Shown here one piece after another: positions 49,712 to 58,663 of a DNA stretch of 64,000 bases. Under the pieces are notes generated by a model, which saw only the letters and a program-made list of their open reading frames with translations, did not search any database and was not told where the DNA came from. A program made the translations under genes and the position numbers. Origin of the DNA: a virus (Duplodnaviria; Heunggongvirae; Uroviricota; Caudoviricetes). The stretch is from the IMG/VR virus record IMGVR_UViG_3300026549_001031; one strand, written 5' to 3'. Numbering within the stretch: the stretch's first letter is position 1; each line of letters begins with the position of its first letter.

Positions 49712-49840
49712 GAAGTAGAAGTAACAGGACAGTTAAACGAGTAAGATATAACATAGAGGTTTAAGGGCATACGTAGAAAATAAAAGATGTTACATACATA
49801 AGTTTTTACGTGTGCTCTTGTTTATTTGGAGGATACAGTA

Positions 49841-50479
49841 ATGGGAGAGACATTAGTCAAGTCTAAAGAAAGAGTACAGAAGTTTGGTGAGGTGTTTACA
49901 CCTGCTAATATTGTTAATGACATGTTAAGTATGGATGGTGTCAATGAGTTATCATATCAGTTAGGCAAGTGTGAATTGGAGCCTACTTGTGGTAATGGAA
50001 ATTTCCTGGTGCAGATGCTTGACAGAAAGTTAAAGACAGCTAAAGAGGCAGAGGGTTTTGTAGATGTTACATACTATACAGCAAGAGCATTATGTGATAT
50101 CTACGGCATTGATATCCAGGCAGATAACGTAAGCGAGAGTAGGGCAAGACTCAAGGATATTGTGATTGATCTTTACAATTCTAAACTTGGTGCAAGTGGT
50201 TTAGATGAGACATTTGAAAAAGTGGTGGATTTCATCCTTGAGAACAATATTATTGTTGGAAATGCATTACAGGGTGATCAGGTGCTTATTCTTGAATATA
50301 CCTTTGATGATACAGCAAAGACAGTAGGAATTAAGCAGTTGCATTTGAATGATACAATGCTTGACGAAAGAGTACAGCAATACAGTGCAGATTATGGGGT
50401 GCATGGTTACATGGATATGTTTAACATAACAGTAGAGGGTGATGAACTGGATCCTGAAGATGATGACTTTACATTTTAA
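49841..50479 (+). CDS. Short DNA adenine methyltransferase-like protein (SAM-binding part only)
   Basis: KSKERV..FGEVFTP, LEPTCGNGNFL, IYGIDI, IIVGNAL; no NPPY/DPPY. Confidence 0.7.
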   Translation: MGETLVKSKERVQKFGEVFTPANIVNDMLSMDGVNELSYQLGKCELEPTCGNGNFLVQMLDRKLKTAKEAEGFVDVTYYTARALCDIYGIDIQADNVSESRARLKDIVIDLYNSKLGASGLDETFEKVVDFILENNIIVGNALQGDQVLILEYTFDDTAKTVGIKQLHLNDTMLDERVQQYSADYGVHGYMDMFNITVEGDELDPEDDDFTF

Positions 50480-50685
50480 GAAAAGTGGCGCAGGAGTAAG
50501 AGAAGTAGCATATAGAGGTAATGTTAAAACTTGGCTGTCTGAACATGGAAATTCATGGGGGCATATGGAGAAATCATGGAGAGCACTGGGAGAAAAGAAG
50601 AGAGAGCAAGGAAAGAAAAAGAAAATACAGAGCAGAAAAAGGAAGTATGCACTGATAGTTATATAAATTAGCAGAGGTTGGTTTA

Positions 50686-51201
50686 ATGGGAAACATTGAG
50701 AGTGAAAAGGTACATGTGGCAATAGTTGGTATGGGCAAGAATAATAAGGAAGTAAGCAGTAGAGATGTAGAACTTGCAGAGGCAGTCAGACACCTGTACA
50801 CATATTATATGGCTTATGACATCAATAGAGATGGGATAGACATTGAGCAGTTAAGAAATACCATGAGTAATGTGATTGGTGAACATAAGGAAATTGGGTG
50901 TGACCTAGGATTAAGTAAAGACAGCTCTGCAAGTGAGGTAGTGCTTGCATTTGATAAATTATCAAATGAACTTCAGAAAGAAGTAATTGAGCATATAGCT
51001 AAAGAAAGTTCTGCATCTAGTGAAAAAGATGAAACAGTGATGAAATTAGATGGCATGATTAAAAATGTCAACTTTGAGAGTTTAGTGAGAACTACAGAGT
51101 ATGTTCCTGGTAGGAAAGAAAGAAGTATTGTTACTGGACCTAAGGAGTTTGGAATCAGTTTATTAGAAAAAAGAAGAGGGCATTACAAAAGACATTGGTA
51201 A
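50686..51201 (+). CDS. Hypothetical protein
   Basis: ORF with GAGG RBS. Confidence 0.6.
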   Translation: MGNIESEKVHVAIVGMGKNNKEVSSRDVELAEAVRHLYTYYMAYDINRDGIDIEQLRNTMSNVIGEHKEIGCDLGLSKDSSASEVVLAFDKLSNELQKEVIEHIAKESSASSEKDETVMKLDGMIKNVNFESLVRTTEYVPGRKERSIVTGPKEFGISLLEKRRGHYKRHW

Positions 51202-51237
51202 GTTTATAATAGCATTATCAATAATTTTCAAATAAAC

Positions 51238-51266
51238 TTGAAAATTGAATATATTTATGGTATAAT
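51238..51266 (+). promoter_or_regulatory. Promoter
   Basis: TTGAAA-17bp-TATAAT with TG extension. Confidence 0.65.
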
Positions 51267-51303
51267 ATAAATATATTAGGAAAGAGAAGTGAGGTAAACT
51301 TAA

Positions 51304-52218
51304 ATGATAAAAGGACATATTAAAAGAGAACGTAAACGTAAGAGAGTTTGTAAGAATATTACAAGAGTAACAATTGCAAGTGCAGTTGTAGCTTGTGGAA
51401 TCACAGCAGGCATGAATGTTTATAGCTATAATACAAGACAGGATGCTGCTAAAGACATTAACAAAGTAATCAAGACAAGTGCAGTTGCAGTTGAGACAGA
51501 GGCTGATAAAGTTGAGAACATGACAATTTCAGTAGTTGCATCAGACAATGAGTTGTTAACATCATCATATGAAGAGGCTAACAATGATACAGTAGCTAAG
51601 GCAGCAAGTGTAGTTAATGCAACATTGAATGATGAGGTCATAGACAAAGCTATTGATAATGCACAGAAGAAAAAAGAAAAGGCTCAGCTTGAAAAGATTG
51701 CAAACAGTGGTAAGAAGTGCAAATCAAGTTTAGTAGCTCAACAGACAGTCAATGTAAGAGAGATGCCTAGTCAAAATTCAGATAGACTTGGCAGTTTTAA
51801 AAAGGGCAGTTTAGTTGACACATTGTCCTTATGTAGCAACGGTTGGTATAAGGTAAGTTACAATGGAGATGAAGGCTTCGTACATGGGGATTATCTGGAT
51901 GAGGTGGCTCCTATGCTCAAGGTAGAGGCTACAGCTTATTGGAATAAGTACAATAGAAAGACAGCTGATGGCAGTAGTTGTAAGACTGGTATTACATTAG
52001 CAGGTAAGCGTTCATGGTTAGGTAAGGCATGTTACATCTACAGATGCAACTCTGATGGATCAGTCGGGGAATGCTTAGGGTACAGAGAGTTCCATGATAC
52101 AGGCTATGGTAAAAATGGAGACATTCCTCGTGGAGAAACAATTGATATTTATATGCCTACAGAATCAGAGTGTAGACAGTGGGGAAGAAAGAATATTTAC
52201 ATTCAGTTTATCAACTAG
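51304..52218 (+). CDS. Membrane-anchored SH3b + 3D-domain (lytic transglycosylase-like) protein
   Basis: VNVRE.PS, GWYKV...GFV..DYL, VEATAY..TADG, HDTG, IDIYM...C..WGR. Confidence 0.8.
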   Translation: MIKGHIKRERKRKRVCKNITRVTIASAVVACGITAGMNVYSYNTRQDAAKDINKVIKTSAVAVETEADKVENMTISVVASDNELLTSSYEEANNDTVAKAASVVNATLNDEVIDKAIDNAQKKKEKAQLEKIANSGKKCKSSLVAQQTVNVREMPSQNSDRLGSFKKGSLVDTLSLCSNGWYKVSYNGDEGFVHGDYLDEVAPMLKVEATAYWNKYNRKTADGSSCKTGITLAGKRSWLGKACYIYRCNSDGSVGECLGYREFHDTGYGKNGDIPRGETIDIYMPTESECRQWGRKNIYIQFIN

Positions 52219-52236
52219 TCAGCTTATGGGAGGACA

Positions 52237-53049
52237 TTGGGAATGTATAAGGATATCTTCGGTAGGGATATTAAAGACATGGACGCAGTTGTAAGTGCTA
52301 GTCATAGTGGCAAGCTGACAGCTGGAATCTATTACAATAACAGGGTGATAGACCTTGAATCTGAAGACTGCATCACGCATACAAACATTACACAGGTTGG
52401 TGATGTGATGGTCATTGACAAAAAGAATATGCAAGAGAAGTATGACAAGATTGTTGAACTCAACAGCAAGGAGTTTAATGCAGAGTGCAAGGAAATTACA
52501 GTGAATGACCTTGTTGAAGGTGGAATTTATGAGACAAAGACAGGTATCCAGTATATTTATCTTGGTCCTGCTTGGAAGCTCTATTCTTACAAGAAAAACA
52601 TTAGAAATGGAGCATATAGACGTTGTTTCTTTAAGCCTGGTAAGGAGAAATATGTGAGCAAAGGAAAAAATCTTGAGCAGCTTATCAATGAGGCAATTGA
52701 GAGCATTGATGATGGAACTGATGGCATGTTAAGATTTTTTAAGTTCTCAACTCCTAAGTTGTATAGACTTGTAGGAATGATTGATGAGGATGAGTTAAAT
52801 GACTTCAAGGCATTTGGTCATATGGGAGTCATTGATAACAACATTAAGGACTTCACATTTTTAGAGACATACAACAGACACAGGATTTCAGCTATGTCAT
52901 ATGATATGTACTTTAGGGCAGGATATGGTGCTCGTATTGAGTTTGACTATGATCCTGAAATTGGTAGAGATGATGATAAGTATTTTGAAAGAACACTCAA
53001 TGCAATTAAGCAAGCAGGTACAACACATGGTATCTTGGTAAGAGAATAA
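52237..53049 (+). CDS. Hypothetical protein
   Basis: ORF with GGAGG RBS. Confidence 0.6.
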   Translation: MGMYKDIFGRDIKDMDAVVSASHSGKLTAGIYYNNRVIDLESEDCITHTNITQVGDVMVIDKKNMQEKYDKIVELNSKEFNAECKEITVNDLVEGGIYETKTGIQYIYLGPAWKLYSYKKNIRNGAYRRCFFKPGKEKYVSKGKNLEQLINEAIESIDDGTDGMLRFFKFSTPKLYRLVGMIDEDELNDFKAFGHMGVIDNNIKDFTFLETYNRHRISAMSYDMYFRAGYGARIEFDYDPEIGRDDDKYFERTLNAIKQAGTTHGILVRE

Positions 53050-53082
53050 GGGTTTAGCAGTAAAGAGTGAGAGGTTGCATAA

Positions 53083-53259
53083 ATGAAAATATTGAGAGTG
53101 CAAAGTATTGAGTCAATGATAGACATGACTAAAAAAGATAATGGACCAGCTGAAATAAAAAGGGATACTAAGTCAGAAAAGGTAGATACATTTAATGCAA
53201 TGCTTAAGGCAGAGGAGAAAAAGTTAGATGACATTGAAAAGTGTAAAAGACATTCTTAA
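53083..53259 (+). CDS. Small hypothetical protein (58 aa)
   Basis: GAGG RBS, fills the gap and overlaps the next start; below ORF-track cutoff. Confidence 0.45.
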   Translation: MKILRVQSIESMIDMTKKDNGPAEIKRDTKSEKVDTFNAMLKAEEKKLDDIEKCKRHS

Positions 53260-54232
53260 TTGTAAGAAATACAATGAACTGTTTAGTAGTGACAGTAAAG
53301 AGGCTAAGAAGCAGTTTAGAGAGTATTGTAAGTTATATCACCCTGACTCTAATGATTCAGAAGAGGCAGCTAGGGTATTCGCTCATATCAATGAGATATA
53401 CAGTGCAGGCATGAGCACAACATCAGGTGGTTACAGTGGTAAAGAAGAGGTTACATTCAAAGATAAGGTGACTGGCAAGGGATTTATCTTGAATAATGCA
53501 CACAAGTTTGGGACAAGTACTTGTGTAGTTTATCACACTTTGACAAAGGTGGTATTTGTGTTTGACAAGCAGAAGTACTATGATAACTATATCAAGTCTG
53601 TCGAGAGTCTTAAGTATAAAGATTCTAACATGAAAAAAGAAATGGCAAGATACTTTCCTGTAATTAACAGACATTTTGAGACAGAGGATGGACAATTTGT
53701 AATTGTAATCAACAAGACAACTGAAGTACTTAACCTTGGGGAAATTTACAAGGCATATGCATTAAAGGGAGAGAAAATTCCTGGTACTCAGGTGGCTTGG
53801 ATGATTAACAGGTTATATAATTTAACCTGCTATAACAATTATGTGATGCACAGAGCGTTTAATGGTTTATCACTTGAAAATTTGTGGGTATCACCTGAAA
53901 TGCATAGCATTTTGTTACTTGGCGGTAATGAATTTGCAGTTAAGCAGGGAGAGAAGATGATTGGCGTACCTGCTGATGTATACGATACAATGCAGATTAA
54001 GACTAAATCAAATAAGATTTCAAGTATCAGCACTGATTTAGAGAGCATCAGGGCACTTGGAAGAAAACTTTGTGCAGGTAATAAAGATGTTGAACTGCTA
54101 TATGAATTTTTCAATCATGGAGTTAAAGAGGCAGACCCATTGAAAGAATGGAAGGCTTATGAGAAAGTAATGGTTGAGCAGTTTGGTAAAAGACAGTTTA
54201 TTGTATGGGATGATGTACCATACACTAAATAA
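53228..54232 (+). CDS. J-domain (HPD) fused to degenerate protein-kinase-like domain
   Basis: FREYCKLYHPD..SEEA..VF..IN; C-terminal VAWMINRL, FNGLSLENLWV, LLLGG. Confidence 0.65.
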   Translation: MTLKSVKDILNCKKYNELFSSDSKEAKKQFREYCKLYHPDSNDSEEAARVFAHINEIYSAGMSTTSGGYSGKEEVTFKDKVTGKGFILNNAHKFGTSTCVVYHTLTKVVFVFDKQKYYDNYIKSVESLKYKDSNMKKEMARYFPVINRHFETEDGQFVIVINKTTEVLNLGEIYKAYALKGEKIPGTQVAWMINRLYNLTCYNNYVMHRAFNGLSLENLWVSPEMHSILLLGGNEFAVKQGEKMIGVPADVYDTMQIKTKSNKISSISTDLESIRALGRKLCAGNKDVELLYEFFNHGVKEADPLKEWKAYEKVMVEQFGKRQFIVWDDVPYTK

Positions 54233-54267
54233 AGTATTACAATAAAAAGAAAGAGAGGAACAATAAT

Positions 54268-55179
54268 ATGGGTGGAGGATCATGGAAATCATCAGATTGG
54301 GAGTCATTCAAGTCAGTAAGTGGCATTTCACATGCAAGAAGCGCTCATGATATTTACAAGATTCATTCAACAAAGAAGGAATACTTACCTTATGGAGTAA
54401 TGAGAGAAAGCAGAAGCACAGAAGAGCATCCTAACAGCACACCTATCATTATTGGTTTGGATGTGACAGGTTCAATGAGCAGCTTGCTTAAGATTATGGT
54501 AGATAAGCTTGGAGAAACAATGACACAGATCTACAAGAGAGAATGTGTTGCAGATCCACAGATTTGTTTTGCAGCTATTGATGATTATATTACATCAGAG
54601 AATGAATGTTTACAGGTTACTCAGTTTGAGTCAGACATCAGGATTGCAGAGCAGATGCGTGAGTTAAAGTTTATTGAGCGTGGCGGTGGAAATAACTGGG
54701 AGAGTTATGCATTGGCTTGGTACTTTGCAGCAAGACATACTGATTGTGATGCATTCAAAGATGGAAGAAAGGGCATCCTGATTACAATTGGTGATGATGG
54801 TTGTCAGCCTACAATCAGCAAGGAAGAAGTTAAGACAGTGTTTGGTGATGATCTTGACAGTGACATGAGTAGAGATGAGCTTCTGAGTGAAGTAAACAGA
54901 CACTGGGAAGTATTTCATATTACAATGGCAGATGGAATGTCATACACTGAAGAATTGGATGAGGAATGGGAAGGCATCCTTGGTAATCACAGTATTGTGG
55001 TTAAGGACGCTGATAAAATTCCAGAAGTCATTGTAAGTTTAATTGAGAGACTTGCAGGTACAGACCTCAGCACAATTACAAAGTCTTGGGATCACAGTAC
55101 AGGACTTGTTGTGGCTGATGCACTTAAGAATTTTGATCTTGCACTTTCAGGTGGAAAGACAGGACTTGTAGAGTTTTAA
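54268..55179 (+). CDS. vWA-domain protein
   Basis: MGGGSW start, IIIGLDVTGSMS, LQVTQFESD, GGGNNWESY, ITIGDD. Confidence 0.85.
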   Translation: MGGGSWKSSDWESFKSVSGISHARSAHDIYKIHSTKKEYLPYGVMRESRSTEEHPNSTPIIIGLDVTGSMSSLLKIMVDKLGETMTQIYKRECVADPQICFAAIDDYITSENECLQVTQFESDIRIAEQMRELKFIERGGGNNWESYALAWYFAARHTDCDAFKDGRKGILITIGDDGCQPTISKEEVKTVFGDDLDSDMSRDELLSEVNRHWEVFHITMADGMSYTEELDEEWEGILGNHSIVVKDADKIPEVIVSLIERLAGTDLSTITKSWDHSTGLVVADALKNFDLALSGGKTGLVEF

Positions 55180-55275
55180 GAGAATACAGAATTGTTGATG
55201 TGTGGTGCAGTTGTTATTTAATGACTGCACCACATTTAATATAATTAGCATGGTTAATATAGGAGGGCAATAAGA

Positions 55276-56583
55276 ATGGAAGAGTTAGTCATTAAGGCAG
55301 TTATTGGAGCAGGATATGGAGATGAGGGAAAGGGTTTAATGACCGATTACTTTTGTAATAAGGTCAAACTATTTGGGGAAGATAACAAAGTGTTAAACAT
55401 TAAGTTTAATGGTGGGGCACAGGCAGGTCATACAGTGTCGCGTATAGACAAGAGAGAAGGGCAGTACAAACATTGGGTATTTGCACAGTATGGTGCTGGC
55501 ACATTCACTGGGGCTGATACATACTTAGCAAAAGAGTTTAATGTGAACATTGCTCTTTTATTAAAAGAGCATGACATTTTAGCAAAGGAGTTTGGGGTTA
55601 ATACTAAAGTATACATTGATGGACAATGTAGGGCAGTATTACCTATTGATATTGAACTTAACAAACTTATTGAGGACACCAGAGATGAAAAGAGACATGG
55701 AAGTTGTGGCTTAGGAGTTTATGAGACATGGCATAGAAACGAATGGTTGGGCAGACTCACAATTCAAGATATTATTGAAACATACATGGATGGAAAAGCA
55801 GGTGAGCAGGAACTTCTTGGTAAGTTGCAAGGAGTTATGCTGGAATACATTGAAGTTAGAGAAGATGAGCTTCATGGAGAGTTTGGAGACCAGATAACTG
55901 ATGGGCTTAACAGACTGAAGGATCATGTGAAAGATTATGCAGAATCGTTTATAAAAGAGGTTGCTAGCTTTGTTGAAAGTGAGAGTTTCGAGATTAGAAA
56001 TATTAAATACCTTGTAAATGAATATAAAGCATTGGTATTTGAAGGTGCTCAGGGATTGGAAATCAGCATGAACACTCTGGAAAACGCACCTCATTTAACT
56101 CCTTCTGATACAGGCATCTGGAATGTGCTGGATATCATTAGAGATATTAAGAGTGATCCTAGTCATAAATATAACTTGGACTTTGAGATTTGTTATGTTA
56201 CAAGAAGTTACAAAACAAGACATGGTAATGGACCTTTCAAAGAATATGATTCAAACATTAAAGAAGAGTTCAACTTGTATGATATGACAAATGTCTATAA
56301 TCATTATCAGGGAGGACTTAAATATGGAAATGTAGACATCGAGAGAATGGCAGATATCATTAAAAGAGAGAATGTTAAGATTGACAGAACACTAAAGATT
56401 GGTAAGCATGACAATACTAAACTGTCATTAGCAGTGACACATTTAGATCAAACAAATGGTTTAATGTCCTCAACACAGGGATTGGTGTTAGTCAATAGGG
56501 ATTTATGTGATGTACTTGGTTTAGACGGTAACTTATACAGATCATATGGAGATAAAGCATCAGATATAATTGAGTTATATTAG
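55276..56583 (+). CDS. Divergent adenylosuccinate synthetase (PurA-like) family protein
   Basis: GYGDEGKG, GGAQAGHTV, HGSCGLG, FEGAQG, YKTRHGNGPF, THLD; Asp-binding TTGR loop absent. Confidence 0.85.
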   Translation: MEELVIKAVIGAGYGDEGKGLMTDYFCNKVKLFGEDNKVLNIKFNGGAQAGHTVSRIDKREGQYKHWVFAQYGAGTFTGADTYLAKEFNVNIALLLKEHDILAKEFGVNTKVYIDGQCRAVLPIDIELNKLIEDTRDEKRHGSCGLGVYETWHRNEWLGRLTIQDIIETYMDGKAGEQELLGKLQGVMLEYIEVREDELHGEFGDQITDGLNRLKDHVKDYAESFIKEVASFVESESFEIRNIKYLVNEYKALVFEGAQGLEISMNTLENAPHLTPSDTGIWNVLDIIRDIKSDPSHKYNLDFEICYVTRSYKTRHGNGPFKEYDSNIKEEFNLYDMTNVYNHYQGGLKYGNVDIERMADIIKRENVKIDRTLKIGKHDNTKLSLAVTHLDQTNGLMSSTQGLVLVNRDLCDVLGLDGNLYRSYGDKASDIIELY

Positions 56584-56708
56584 GAATAAGCATACTAAAA
56601 ATAATGAGGCAGTGACTTAAATTGGTCACTGCCTTTTTTAGTACTTGTGTTTGAATAGAGAACAAGTTTTTAATTTTTTAATTATTATTTTGAAAGGAAG
56701 TAAGTATT

Positions 56709-57083
56709 ATGGGATATAGAGAGGACTTTTTCAAAGCAAACCCTGGCACTAAATTACCTGGTAGGCGTGGCACGTATTGGAAATGCGTTAATTGTGGCGG
56801 TTGGTTTCCTAAGAGTGAAATAGACGTCGACCATCGCGTAGCTAAACGACTTGGCGGAACTGATGATATTTGGAATCTTCAGAGCATGTGCAAACACTGT
56901 AATCGCAGTAAAAGGGAGAGAAGTTCAGGTACAGAAGTTGCAGAGACACTGATAAGTGCAGGGGTTTCAGGACTTGCATCAGGTGGTTTAGAGGGATCAC
57001 TTGGAAATCTAGGTAAACTTGGTAAGTCAGTATTGACACAGAAAGCAAAAGATGCTTTAGGCATTAAATACAGGAGAAGGTAG
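56709..57083 (+). CDS. Small HNH endonuclease (paralog B)
   Basis: CVNC...DVDHRVAKRLGGTDDIWNLQSMCKHCN. Confidence 0.88.
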   Translation: MGYREDFFKANPGTKLPGRRGTYWKCVNCGGWFPKSEIDVDHRVAKRLGGTDDIWNLQSMCKHCNRSKRERSSGTEVAETLISAGVSGLASGGLEGSLGNLGKLGKSVLTQKAKDALGIKYRRR

Positions 57084-57435
57084 CACTAGAAGTTTGGTTT
57101 ATGCATTAGTAGTTAAGTAAAATTGTGTAAATTGTATATAAAACTTAGACAATTTAGTTTATGGGTTTGGGAGAGGTTCGAAAAAGTTGGAAATTTTTCA
57201 AACGGCTAAGCATTAAGGAAAAATAAGATGGACAGTTAATTGGACAGTGGTAGTAAATCACCTGCTTAATTTTCCTGGGCGAAAAATGTAAGGTGGAGAA
57301 ATAGTTTTCCAGAGACAGCTGAAAACTTGATAGACATTGAGCTATGCATTAGGAATTTTGATAAAGAGATTATTTTGTAATCATTTAAGTATAATAAATG
57401 TAAATTTATTTATACATTTAGAAAGGAGTTTGAAT

Positions 57436-58125
57436 ATGTTATATTCGTACATAGGCACTGGTCAATTGGATGAACTTGCTAGAAGTAATAGGGCATACTA
57501 CATCATGCATGACATAACAACAAATGACATAGAGGAGTGGTTAAATTCATGTACAACAGTACTTACTGGTAGTGGTGTAAACATGAGTATGTTTACACTT
57601 CCTAAAATTAGATCAACAGGGCGTAAAGGAGGACCTTACACAGTAGTTTTGATGTTTAGGTCAGGTGTAAAAGTAGATGAACAGCTAGTACAGAAGGTAT
57701 TATCCTTATTATCACAGATGTGTCCTGAAACACAGGCATGTAATATTGATAAGCTATGCCCTGGTTCTTCATCATTAAACATTAAGTGTAAATACAAAAA
57801 CTTTGAGACAGGAAAGATTGAGCATGGTTTAATGCAATTAGACTATGATGGTGTATATTTTACAGGTGTAAAAACATTGATTACATTGAATGGTAAAAGA
57901 ACATGCATTTCAAATGTTGAGGTGTACACAAGTAATATTCCTGAAGTCATTGCAGTTGGTGCTAGGGAACCATTCAATCATAAGCTAAGTCTTATAGAAG
58001 TTGCTTTTAAGGCACCTAATAGTGGAGATGGACAAGGGGAAACAAAATATGCAGTAATTCCTACAGAGACATCAATTCGTTTGTGCAAGATTGGGCATAG
58101 AAAAAGAAGAAAAGCAATTAAATAA
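57436..58125 (+). CDS. Hypothetical protein
   Basis: ATG 57436 behind AAAGGAG. Confidence 0.6.
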   Translation: MLYSYIGTGQLDELARSNRAYYIMHDITTNDIEEWLNSCTTVLTGSGVNMSMFTLPKIRSTGRKGGPYTVVLMFRSGVKVDEQLVQKVLSLLSQMCPETQACNIDKLCPGSSSLNIKCKYKNFETGKIEHGLMQLDYDGVYFTGVKTLITLNGKRTCISNVEVYTSNIPEVIAVGAREPFNHKLSLIEVAFKAPNSGDGQGETKYAVIPTETSIRLCKIGHRKRRKAIK

Positions 58126-58162
58126 AGAGAAGGACAGTTAAAATAGGGGGAGGTGGTCCTAT

Positions 58163-58363
58163 ATGAAGGCTACTAAGAATGATGTAATGCTAGTTGCAAT
58201 TGTTGGCATACTTGAATTTTTAATTGGAACTGCATGTGCAATAATTGGTGCACATGTTGGAATGAGTAAGCTAGCAGGTACAGGTGCAGTAATGATTGGG
58301 GCGAGCATAGTTTTAATAATGCTTGCAGTGATTGGTTATTTTGGTGTTAAGAGAAGTAAATAG
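58163..58363 (+). CDS. Small 2-TM membrane protein
   Basis: Two hydrophobic helices, basic tail, GGAGGTG RBS. Confidence 0.6.
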   Translation: MKATKNDVMLVAIVGILEFLIGTACAIIGAHVGMSKLAGTGAVMIGASIVLIMLAVIGYFGVKRSK

Positions 58364-58521
58364 TGAGCAGATATATAAACCTACTTAGCATTGTATATGT
58401 TGAGCAGGTTTATTTTTGTATGCATATGAATAGTTAATTTTATAAAATTAAATTAAAAATTAGACTTTTTATGTCTGTAGATATGGGGCATGAGGATTGT
58501 CAGGAATTTTCAATAAAAATT

Positions 58522-58569
58522 TAACTAGATATTGTGGTTAATAAACTGAAAATTGTCTAGATATGGTGC
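58522..58569 (+). promoter_or_regulatory. Tandem NrdR boxes
   Basis: TAACTAGATATTGTGG and TGTCTAGATATGGTGC, 32 bp apart, upstream of nrdD; match acaCwAtATaTwGtgt-type consensus. Confidence 0.65.
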
Positions 58570-58663
58570 TTTTAAGGTATAAAAAGAGTAATTTTTATTT
58601 TATATGAATTGTTGTTAGACTATGGTTTTACAACAAGGATACAAGAACATAGGAGGTTATAAA

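Noticed and set aside
50439-50666. 75-aa basic ORF after the methyltransferase-like gene
   Set aside because: Overlaps the upstream gene, no clear RBS, purine-rich low complexity; frame ambiguous
55276-56583. PurZ / diaminopurine genome pathway
   Set aside because: Catalytic Asp (GDEGKG) is retained and no DatZ/MazZ neighbours are seen
58163-58363. Holin
   Set aside because: Two TM helices fit, but no adjacent endolysin and no family motif, so left as a membrane protein
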